Part shown: in pieces, positions 1 to 7,962 of the stretch | How the letters are laid out: the number at the start of each line of letters is the position of its first letter | Numbering within the stretch: position 1 is the stretch's first letter | NCBI GenBank assembly: GCA_021399395.1 | Contig: JAAFKJ010000147.1 | Location: 1 to 40,535 of the forward strand | Direction of reading: 5' to 3' | Length of the DNA stretch: 40,535 nucleotides | From: Candidatus Heimdallarchaeota archaeon | GTDB taxonomy: Archaea; Asgardarchaeota; Heimdallarchaeia; Heimdallarchaeales; Heimdallarchaeaceae | Translations under genes and position numbers: made by a program | The notes under the pieces: model-generated | What the model saw: only the letters and a program-made list of their open reading frames with translations | Databases searched by the model: none | Told to the model about the DNA's origin: nothing

Positions 1-174
1 TGCTTTCTTGGCTGCTTCCTTTGGCTTAGTTGTTGCTTTCTTGGCTGCTTCCTTTGGCTTAGTTGTTGCTTTCTTGGCTGTCTCTTTTGGCTTAGCTGCT
101 GTTTTCTTGGCTGCTTCCTTTGGCTTAGCTGCTGTTTTCTTGGCTGCTTCCTTTGGCTTAGCTGCTGTTTTCTT
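1..174 (-). repeat. 33-bp coding tandem repeat (11 aa, KKTAAKPKEAA / KKATTKPKEAA), at least 5 copies
   Basis: Units such as ttcttggctgcttcctttggcttag recur with a 33-nt period, in frame with rpo5, and are cut by the window edge. Confidence 0.93.
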
Positions 175-801
175 TACAGTAGTCTTCTTTTTTGTAGCAG
201 GCTTATCATCTGATAGTCTTAATCTTGCTGATGATTTTATTATCACTCTATAATATGCCCCATCCTCACCCATTTCGGGGTTACGTACAATTTTTATTAT
301 GTCACCTGGTTTAGCTTGAATTGCTTTAACAGCTGGATCAGTTTCAAGTATTTTTGGGATTTGATATTTTTCTATCTGATATCTAGTAAGAAAACTCTTG
401 ATTTCTTTATTTTTCAACTTGATATGCTGAGGAACCAATTCATGATCGAAAATATTGAAAAGAGGATTAGTGCTACTTATAATCTCGATTCCCAATTTAA
501 CAGATTCTTTCTTTGCATAATGAGTTAATGCTGATTCAGCAATCAAAAGTGCTTCATCTAAACTTTCCTCTTCTTGTAGTTTTCCTAATGTTCGAATTGT
601 TTTGACTCCAATTTGAGGGTTTTTAGGAAATCGAGCAATAGCTGTTATTTTGTCTCCTTCTTCCTGTTTTTTTTCAGCATAGACATCAATATAATCATCA
701 TTATCGTCAGGTTTTTTGATAGAAAATCCTCTGAATTCGAGAATTTCTTTAATTCCCCTTTTGATTCTTTCTTCCTTTGCTTGCTGTTCTTTAGATATCA
801 A
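1..801 (-). CDS. rpoH: RNA polymerase subunit Rpo5/RpoH (Rpb5-like), with N-terminal extension and Lys/Ala-rich C-terminal tail; runs off the left edge
   Basis: Not in ORF track; translated by hand. Core: FNIFDHELVPQHIKL...YQIPKILETDPAVKAIQAKPGDIIKIVRN...YYRVI = Rpb5 C-terminal domain. N-terminus RIKRGIKEILEFRGFSI resembles Rpb5_N. Start taken as TTG 801 (alternative TTG 831). No stop before position 1. Confidence 0.92.
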   Translation of the reverse strand, partial: MISKEQQAKEERIKRGIKEILEFRGFSIKKPDDNDDYIDVYAEKKQEEGDKITAIARFPKNPQIGVKTIRTLGKLQEEESLDEALLIAESALTHYAKKESVKLGIEIISSTNPLFNIFDHELVPQHIKLKNKEIKSFLTRYQIEKYQIPKILETDPAVKAIQAKPGDIIKIVRNPEMGEDGAYYRVIIKSSARLRLSDDKPATKKKTTVKKTAAKPKEAAKKTAAKPKEAAKKTAAKPKETAKKATTKPKEAAKKATTKPKEAAKKA

Positions 802-869
802 GGAGGTTGCCTCGCTCTCATTAACTATCAATTGGTTTAAAATCTTTTGAAAAGTGACTAGTTTGCAAT

Positions 870-1229
870 TTATGAATTATCCTTCTCTGTTTTTTGGAAT
901 TTAATAAAATAAGAACCATCCTTATCTCTTCCAATAATAGGGTTTTGATCATCATTTTCAGAAAGAAGTTTCTCTAAATCAACTTCAAAAACTCCATCAC
1001 TTGTCAATCTGATGTCTTCCACTCCTTCTTGAATTTCTGTCTTTCCAATTTCTTTTTCTACAATTAATTCAAGTTCTCTTTCTTTGATGTCAAGATTATC
1101 ATCTTGTCTGTATGTTTTGAACTTGAATGATCCACAAAACGGACATCCACTAATAAGGATTTGAGTGTTTAACTCAATCTCTTTTTCACATAAACCGCAA
1201 ATAGTAATTTTCTTTGATGGTTCTACCAT
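870..1229 (-). CDS. Zn-ribbon protein, DUF2072/OapC-like
   Basis: CGLC...GCPFCGSFKF, followed by GVFEVDLEKLL...PIIGRDKDGSYFI, typical of this archaeal family. Confidence 0.7.
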   Translation of the reverse strand: MVEPSKKITICGLCEKEIELNTQILISGCPFCGSFKFKTYRQDDNLDIKERELELIVEKEIGKTEIQEGVEDIRLTSDGVFEVDLEKLLSENDDQNPIIGRDKDGSYFIKFQKTEKDNS

Positions 1230-1270
1230 ATTCTCACATTACCATCTTTCATTATTATTTTTTTTGTATA

Positions 1271-2125
1271 TTATTCCATATAAACACTTGAATTATATAG
1301 AAAAGGACCATCATACCCACATTCAGAACACTTCTTCTCTTCAAGTGCTTTTAAGGTACTAAAATCACCGGCATCCCCAATACTATAGATAATACCACAT
1401 TTGCATTTGTAAGATTTTGGAGTTGCTGCACTTTCTCTGAAATAAGTTGGGCCAAAATAATGGTTAGCAATTGTTTCCTTAGAACTACTTTTCACCTTCA
1501 ATATGTACATGTCGGAAGTTTTTTTCTCTAAGGGTGTAGGAAAAGCATATTTGTTGAAATTTGGAAGCTTTTTATCAATTTCCAAATCCATTACATTTAC
1601 CATTTCATTTATCCAATCGTTGTTTTCTTCTCCATCATCAAATGAGAGGTAAATTTTTGAAGGAGATACTTTTGATGCACATTGGATTGCTCTTGATAAT
1701 CCCACTTCTAGTCCTTCTTTGGTAAGTGGTGGTTCAAGGAAAACATAATCGAATTGGTTTTTCATTATTGCCAGCATTCTGATTCTGATATCATGGTTAA
1801 TGTATCTAATACAGCGCATTTTGTAATCAAATTTTAGTTTGAACACAATTTCAGGAATTCTCTTATCTATATCCAACACCGCTAAATCTCTTGGTTTTGC
1901 AACCATCCCCAAAGATAACGAAGATAAATCCATATCACCTAAGAATACTATGCGCTTCTTTTCATAGTTTTCTGGATTTTCAAGTAATATTCTTTGATAG
2001 CTAGTATCTAATGTTACAAAATACTGATCATACTCAGGATTGGGTTTTCCCCTAAGTTCTTGAATTTCAGAAAATGCTTCATTAATGCTTTCTGGAAGGT
2101 CTAACTCAAGAGATTCATCACTCAT
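1271..2125 (-). CDS. BpsA/DUF43-like SAM-dependent transferase (branched-chain polyamine synthase-like) with C-terminal Cys cluster
   Basis: YDQ, VFLGDMDLSSL, VLDIDKRI, FDYVFLEPP...GL...LSRA motifs; C-terminal CKC...CSEC. Confidence 0.7.
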   Translation of the reverse strand: MSDESLELDLPESINEAFSEIQELRGKPNPEYDQYFVTLDTSYQRILLENPENYEKKRIVFLGDMDLSSLSLGMVAKPRDLAVLDIDKRIPEIVFKLKFDYKMRCIRYINHDIRIRMLAIMKNQFDYVFLEPPLTKEGLEVGLSRAIQCASKVSPSKIYLSFDDGEENNDWINEMVNVMDLEIDKKLPNFNKYAFPTPLEKKTSDMYILKVKSSSKETIANHYFGPTYFRESAATPKSYKCKCGIIYSIGDAGDFSTLKALEEKKCSECGYDGPFLYNSSVYME

Positions 2126-2171
2126 TGATGAAGTTCAGTTTACTACTTTAAAAAGGTTCACTGAACTATCA

Positions 2172-4436
2172 TTATGATAAGAAGGTCAATTGCTTCAGAA
2201 TATTAAATAGCTCATCTATTGGAAGTTTTTGTAACTTCTTATTATCTCTAGTCTTTCTTTCCATTTCCATAAGCAGAAGACCATACTCATAAGCTGATTT
2301 AGAAATTTGAGCAAATGTAGAATCATATTGTGCAATTGTTTGAAGTTTTTCACTTGCTTTGTTTGCTTCTTTAGAAGCTTCAACAAAGAATGAAGCTGCT
2401 TTATAATTGTCTTTGTTAGTATCAGCTCCAATTCCCAGAATTGCAGCCTTTGTTGCATCTAGAAAATTGGTTAATGCCTCCGATAATACTTTCTTTATTT
2501 TAATTGCATTCCAATTGATATTTGAATCCTTTAATTCAAACATATCTTTGTGTAGTAGTAGTTCTCCACAATCCTCACTAATTCTAATATTGATTACATT
2601 GAATAGCTTAAATTGGTTAAAATTGTGGTTTATTACTAGTTGATAATTTTCTTTTGTTGTTTCTTTCTTCGAAACTGCGATTTTATAGCTTCTAGCGATG
2701 AGATCAATCACAGTATTTAGAAAAAGAAACTGTCTTGTTAGCTCAAATAAACGTAACTCTATATCTTCTCCTTGAATGAAGGTTTGACTATATCTATGTT
2801 CTACCCACATTTTGTCAATATTTGATTTATCACTTAATTGAGAAATTTCAAGTGCTTTTGTAGAATAGTAGTGTGCTTTTGCATGGTATATTATGTCCAA
2901 TACTTCGTTTGAGTCTTTTTCTGCAAGGCTATTTTCCAAATAAATTGAATTTGCCATGAATTCCAAACATTCAATATCTTTGATGACATACACTTTGCTT
3001 TCAGATTTAGGTAAGAAATAAGCTGATAATTTGATATTAGAAATATTTTCGAGTAATGGTTCAATGTTTTCAGGTTTGATTTTTTCTCCTCTCTTTTCCA
3101 AATCTATTAGCTGGTCTGAAATATCTTTGATTGCATATTCGAGGCTTTCTATGAACCTAATGAGATTTTGCTCTGCTTTGCTAATCGCCTTTTCTATTGG
3201 TAGATTTTCAAGTGTAGCAATTTTAAGTTCTTGCACAAAATTGAGATAAACATAAGGTAGACTGCTTACATAGTTGATATTGACTTTCAAACCAGGCTTG
3301 TTAACTATTGACTCAACATTTTTTATTAGTTTTTGAACTTCTTTTTTAGTACCTGTTGAGATAATAGCATTCAATTGTGAAGTTTTTGCTGCAAGTTCAG
3401 CAATTCCATGAAAGAAAATATGAACTGTTTCGTTTTTGATGATCTCCTCTTTGAGTCTCAAATTTCGTTCGTCTAAATCTGTGTTAGTTGAGAGAACTTT
3501 AAGAGCTTCTTTTTCAAGACCCAAAACAAGATTAAGAAATTGAACACTAGCAATAAAACTGTCGCTTTTGGCTGCTTCAAAACTTAATCTCAAATAATGA
3601 CCTATCAGTTCTTTATTTCTTAGAGCTTGGTTAAGTAATAGGTGACTGTTCTCTATTTGCTTAACTTTTAATTCAGGGTCCTCAGAAAGACTACTGTGGT
3701 ATTCCAATGCTTTTTCCAAGTGAGAAAGACTTCTTTCATATGCAAAATGAGTTGCTATTGGATCCTTCCACCACCAATCATAACCTAATCTTTTCAGAAA
3801 CTGAGCAGTAAATGATACATCAAATTCTGCTAGAACTAATTCATAAGCACCCCTTTCTTCGAGTAATTTTTCTTTGTTTACTTCATTGGGAGACTCTTCA
3901 AGAAGTTGTATGATTTGGTTTTTCTGATTTAACAATAGAAAGGTAAGCATAACTTCCTCAATACTTGAAGCTCGAGGGTGAGTAGAATCGAAATATGTTT
4001 GAGAAATTGAATTCAGAATTCTATAACCCTCAATATATGATGTACAATATTCTTCAGATGGTTGAGTATCGAAGATTCCTGTATTGACTATATCGGCATA
4101 TATTACCATTAGATTAGCTAGTTCCATTTGAAACTCTTGTAAATCTTCTAATTTTTTAGTTAGAATCTCCTTCCTATCAGAATCTGAATCAATTTGAGAT
4201 TTATCTCGAGTCCATTCATCTAGAAAACGACGATAAAGAAGATGTGCTAAGGAAGAAACATTGTTTAGAGTTTCAGCACAGAATTTAGAAAAACTAAGCC
4301 AAACTTGACTTAACTCATCTAAATCATCTATCTGAACGAAAGAGTGATAGATTCTTTCTCTTTCTAACTCCATCAGTACAAATTGTTTAAATGGTGAATC
4401 ACTTAGCAGTTCTATTGTTTCTTTGGAAAATTCCAT
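2172..4436 (-). CDS. Large hypothetical, probably alpha-helical protein
   Basis: 754-aa ORF rich in L/E/K/A; no catalytic motif recognised. Confidence 0.75.
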   Translation of the reverse strand: MEFSKETIELLSDSPFKQFVLMELERERIYHSFVQIDDLDELSQVWLSFSKFCAETLNNVSSLAHLLYRRFLDEWTRDKSQIDSDSDRKEILTKKLEDLQEFQMELANLMVIYADIVNTGIFDTQPSEEYCTSYIEGYRILNSISQTYFDSTHPRASSIEEVMLTFLLLNQKNQIIQLLEESPNEVNKEKLLEERGAYELVLAEFDVSFTAQFLKRLGYDWWWKDPIATHFAYERSLSHLEKALEYHSSLSEDPELKVKQIENSHLLLNQALRNKELIGHYLRLSFEAAKSDSFIASVQFLNLVLGLEKEALKVLSTNTDLDERNLRLKEEIIKNETVHIFFHGIAELAAKTSQLNAIISTGTKKEVQKLIKNVESIVNKPGLKVNINYVSSLPYVYLNFVQELKIATLENLPIEKAISKAEQNLIRFIESLEYAIKDISDQLIDLEKRGEKIKPENIEPLLENISNIKLSAYFLPKSESKVYVIKDIECLEFMANSIYLENSLAEKDSNEVLDIIYHAKAHYYSTKALEISQLSDKSNIDKMWVEHRYSQTFIQGEDIELRLFELTRQFLFLNTVIDLIARSYKIAVSKKETTKENYQLVINHNFNQFKLFNVINIRISEDCGELLLHKDMFELKDSNINWNAIKIKKVLSEALTNFLDATKAAILGIGADTNKDNYKAASFFVEASKEANKASEKLQTIAQYDSTFAQISKSAYEYGLLLMEMERKTRDNKKLQKLPIDELFNILKQLTFLS

Positions 4437-4506
4437 TAGGTATCATAAATAATGTTAGTAAAAAAACGTTTTGACATTTCTTACGTGGCGTGAATCTTTT
4501 ATTGAA

Positions 4507-4767
4507 CTAAATTTCTGAATCATTTTCGACTTTATACCACCATGGCTCGGTTAGCTCTCCTAATTTTCTATTGAACTCCTGAACAAGTTTTCTAGCTTGA
4601 GGATTTGTATCTACAGATATCTTCTGAACCTTATCTAGCTTTATTGTTCTCCCACAATATGGGCACTTTTTCGTTTTCTGCTTTGATTTACAGTAAGAAA
4701 ACTTACTACACTCTTTCCTTGAACATCTTATAACTATATATTCGGAATTGATTGTATTACTCTCCAA
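4507..4767 (-). CDS. Small Zn-ribbon protein (DUF1922-like)
   Basis: YIVIRCSRKEC...TKKCPYCG...ARKLVQEFN; overlaps the upstream gene by 11 nt. Confidence 0.65.
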   Translation of the reverse strand: MESNTINSEYIVIRCSRKECSKFSYCKSKQKTKKCPYCGRTIKLDKVQKISVDTNPQARKLVQEFNRKLGELTEPWWYKVENDSEI

Positions 4768-5170
4768 TAATTGTTACAGCAACTTCACGAGAACGGGGTT
4801 TGATATCTAAACAAACAAAAACTGGTTGTTGCCAAGTGCCAAGTTGCAGAACTCCTTCATGAATAGATATAGTTAAACTAGGACCAATTAATGAGGCTCG
4901 AAGGTGTGAATGTGCATTAGAGTCAATTAAATCGTGTTTGTAGCCAGCACCCTTCGGAATTATTTTGTGTAACAAATTTCTAAAATCATCCAAAACCCTA
5001 GATTCAAATTCAATTGCAGTTAAAGCTCCCGTTGATCCAATAACATTTGCAGACAGTAATCCAGTTTTAACACCGGATTTGATAACTAATTTCTCAAAAT
5101 CATTAGTTAAATCAACTATACTAATCTCGCCTTCAGTATGAAATTTTACTTTTTCTGATAGTACTTTCAT
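4757..5170 (-). CDS. yjbQ: YjbQ/UPF0047 family protein
   Basis: YKHD...NAHSHLRASLIGPS and LGTWQ signature motifs. Confidence 0.9.
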   Translation of the reverse strand: MKVLSEKVKFHTEGEISIVDLTNDFEKLVIKSGVKTGLLSANVIGSTGALTAIEFESRVLDDFRNLLHKIIPKGAGYKHDLIDSNAHSHLRASLIGPSLTISIHEGVLQLGTWQQPVFVCLDIKPRSREVAVTIIGE

Positions 5171-5314
5171 GAACTATTCTCCTTAATACCACCTTAACAA
5201 TCTATTAGAGTATAAATTTGTTAAAAAAGTAATCGGTTAAAAGTAAGTTAGAAAATCAAACTACAACTTCCAAAAGAAATAAGAATTAAAATCTTTCAAT
5301 ATTATAAGAGAGAT

Positions 5315-6019
5315 ATGTCAGATTCAGAAAAAAAGATGAGCATCCTAATCGAAGAAGCGAATGCAAATTACAATGCGAATAGATACAAAGATGCAGCAAG
5401 AACGTTTGAACATCTAATTACTTTAGCAATTCAGAGTGGTGAGGAAGAAGAAGCAATATATTTCGCTTATAGGGCTGCAGATTGCTGGAGAAAGGATAAA
5501 AATGAGATGAATCGGGCAGTTATTTTTAGAGATATTGGTAACCTAGCTTTTAGTTTCTGTTCAAAAATATTAGATGATTATGTTTCAAAAACAAAGAAAT
5601 CAGAAGATAAAGCAAAGGCTTTACTGCTAGCTGGTGAATGTTTAATCTCTCAAGATAAGACTAAAGCAATTAAGAGATTATCAAAAGCACAGACACTATT
5701 CGAAGAACTTGCTTCTAATACAAAAGATAGCAAATTAAAGACTAACTATCTTATGGATGCCCTTGAGAGCACAGTCAAACAAGGTGACAAAAAGCAAGCA
5801 AAGGAACTGAAAATCAGAATCGCCAACCATCATGTAAGTTCAGCTGAAAAAGATTTCAAGAAAAATACACCAGAGGATTTACAATCAGCTTTAAGGTCTT
5901 TTGAGGATGCATTAGAGATGTTTCAAAATCTCAAATTGAAAGAAGATATTCAGAGCATCTCTAAAAAAATAGCGACTCTCAAGAAGAAAGTTGCAGAATA
6001 TGACCCATTTGCAACTTAG
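5315..6019 (+). CDS. TPR/SNAP-like helical repeat protein
   Basis: Repeated helical hairpins: YKDAARTFEH, EEAIYFAYRAADCW, AKALLLAGECL, ALRSFEDALEMF. Confidence 0.6.
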   Translation: MSDSEKKMSILIEEANANYNANRYKDAARTFEHLITLAIQSGEEEEAIYFAYRAADCWRKDKNEMNRAVIFRDIGNLAFSFCSKILDDYVSKTKKSEDKAKALLLAGECLISQDKTKAIKRLSKAQTLFEELASNTKDSKLKTNYLMDALESTVKQGDKKQAKELKIRIANHHVSSAEKDFKKNTPEDLQSALRSFEDALEMFQNLKLKEDIQSISKKIATLKKKVAEYDPFAT

Positions 6020-6120
6020 AAGATAGAGAAATTTTCTTTCTTAATGTTTTTCAGATAGGAAATTACTTGAAGAAACTATTGTAAGGAAATATTCAAAAGA
6101 AGGAAATTTTAAGAGAACAT

Positions 6121-6219
6121 GGTCCCGTAGCTCAGTTGGATAGAGCCCCAGCCTCCTAAACTTAGCTTAAAAGTGGAGAAAGTTGGTGGTCGCGCGTTCG
6201 AATCGCGTCGGGATCGCCA
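6121..6219 (+). tRNA. tRNA-Arg(CCT) with 22-nt intron at 37/38 (6159-6180)
   Basis: Acceptor GGTCCCG/CGGGATC, D stem GCTC/GAGC, anticodon stem CCAGC/GTTGG, CCT at 6155-6157, T loop TTCGAAT, G73, encoded CCA. BHB: CTCC/GGAG central helix, ACTT/AAGT outer helix. Confidence 0.95.
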
Positions 6220-6248
6220 AATTCATTTCTATTAATGTGGTGTGAAAA

Positions 6249-6785
6249 ATGAGCAAACAAACATCGACTTCTATCAATGTTTTCATCTGTAATTTTCATA
6301 CATGTAACCCAAAGAAATGTACTGCAACTAGAATTGTTAAATTCAGAAAAGCGAGGGAGATAAGAATTAATCAAATAAAGTCTAAACATATTGTTCTAAC
6401 TCCTTTTTCTGAGATTGCTTTATCTCCTGCTGATAAAGAAAATGCAATAAATTATGGTCTCGTTGGTGTTGATTGCTCATGGAACAATATAGAAAATGGT
6501 AGAAATGCACTTGATAAAGGAACTGGGAGATCTCTACCCTTTCTTGTTGCAGCTAATCCAAATAATTATGGCTTTCCTTCAAAACTTAGCACTCTTGAAG
6601 CAATAGGAGCTGCACTATATATCTTAGGCAATAAAGATCAAAGTAAAGACATTTTATCCTTAGTTAGCTGGGGAGTTGAATTTTTAAAAATTAATCAAGA
6701 ATACTTAGATAGTTATTCATCCGCTAAGAATAGTAAAGAGGTTGTCAAGAAACAAGCTAAGATTATGAAAGATCTTTATGGTTAA
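6249..6785 (+). CDS. tsr3: SSU rRNA aminocarboxypropyltransferase Tsr3
   Basis: CNPKKCT, LSPAD, VDCSW, RSLPFLVAANPNNYG and LSTLEA motifs. Confidence 0.93.
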   Translation: MSKQTSTSINVFICNFHTCNPKKCTATRIVKFRKAREIRINQIKSKHIVLTPFSEIALSPADKENAINYGLVGVDCSWNNIENGRNALDKGTGRSLPFLVAANPNNYGFPSKLSTLEAIGAALYILGNKDQSKDILSLVSWGVEFLKINQEYLDSYSSAKNSKEVVKKQAKIMKDLYG

Positions 6786-6845
6786 AAGAGTCATAAAAAG
6801 TTTGATACAGAATTCTTTTAAATTACTTGTTTAAACAAGATTAAG

Positions 6846-7961
6846 ATGAAAATAGGCATAAACTGTTTTCCAACAGTTGGTGGTTCTGGAATTGTAGCCA
6901 CCCAGCTAGCAATTGAAATGGCCAAGAAAGGTCATGATGTACATTTAATCAGTTATGATACTCCTTTCTTACTTCGAACCTTCAGACATCCGAATATAAC
7001 TCTCGAACTCGTTGATATTCTTTCTTATCCTCTGTTCAAAGATATAGGTGCTCCCTATACAATCCTTGCTGCATCAAAACTTGCACAAATAGCAAAGAAA
7101 ACAGAAGTGGAATTGTTACATATTCATTATGCGGTACCGGTAGGTGTTTCAGCTTACTTGGCGAAAGAAATAACAAAAATACCCTTCGCTATTACAGCTC
7201 ATGGTTCAGATATACATACGCTAGGCATAGATCCTGCTTACAACCCAGTTCTCTCTCATGTATTCAATGAAGCTGATGGATTATCTACTGTTTCAAATTA
7301 CATGAAAAAAGAAATCCAAGAGAAATTCAATTATGAAAGAGAACTCGAAGTTTTCTATAACCCAATTGATATCGAAAAATATCAAAAAATCGATGCTCAG
7401 CTTTGTGACTTCAGGATTAAACATGAGAATAATTTCATACATGTTTCGAATTTCCGTCCAGTTAAGAATGCTCCATTTATTGTTGAAGCTTTTGCTGATG
7501 TTGTTAAAGAACACCCAGATACTGGTTTAATAATGGTTGGAGAAGGACCTGAAAGAAAGAAATGTGAAGATTTAGCGTACAATTTGGGCATATCTGAAAA
7601 TGTTACCTTCCAAGGAGTTAGGGTTTCAATAGCCCCCATTTATAGTTGTGGTGCTGCTCTTTTGTCTGCTAGTACAAACGAAAGTTTTGGCTTAACATTA
7701 GCTGAATCAATGTCTTGTGAAACGCCGGTAATTGCTCCCAAAGTAGGGGGTATTCCTGAAGTAATCGATCATGAAGAAAATGGTTTTGTCTATGAATTTG
7801 GAAACAGAGAGAGTCTTACCAAGTACATGCTCCAACTAGTAACAGATAAACAGCTTGTAAAGAAAATGGGTAAGAAAGGAAGAGAAAAAGTAGTCAATAA
7901 ATTTGAAGCAGGGATGATTGCAGATCAATACATTAAATGGTATGAGAAAATTCTAGATTAA
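6846..7961 (+). CDS. bshA: GT4 glycosyltransferase, N-acetyl-alpha-D-glucosaminyl L-malate synthase BshA
   Basis: MKIGINCFPTVGGSGIVATQLA, YPLF, HIHYAVP, HGSDI, HVSNFRPVK and ESFGL closely match BshA. Confidence 0.88.
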   Translation: MKIGINCFPTVGGSGIVATQLAIEMAKKGHDVHLISYDTPFLLRTFRHPNITLELVDILSYPLFKDIGAPYTILAASKLAQIAKKTEVELLHIHYAVPVGVSAYLAKEITKIPFAITAHGSDIHTLGIDPAYNPVLSHVFNEADGLSTVSNYMKKEIQEKFNYERELEVFYNPIDIEKYQKIDAQLCDFRIKHENNFIHVSNFRPVKNAPFIVEAFADVVKEHPDTGLIMVGEGPERKKCEDLAYNLGISENVTFQGVRVSIAPIYSCGAALLSASTNESFGLTLAESMSCETPVIAPKVGGIPEVIDHEENGFVYEFGNRESLTKYMLQLVTDKQLVKKMGKKGREKVVNKFEAGMIADQYIKWYEKILD

Positions 7962-7962
7962 A

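Noticed and set aside
1-174. 33-bp repeat as a CRISPR array
   Set aside because: Head-to-tail copies with no spacers, period divisible by 3, in frame with a CDS, no cas genes.
8-840. + strand ORFs 8..253 (hydrophobic repeat), 316..528 and 613..840
   Set aside because: Antisense shadows of rpo5 and its Lys-rich repeat tail.
870-1229. Replication origin near the OapC-like gene
   Set aside because: No oapA/oapB or cdc6 in the window and no ORB-like repeats in the short flanking gaps.
6162-6389. 75-aa minus-strand ORF
   Set aside because: Overlaps tRNA-Arg and tsr3 on the opposite strand.
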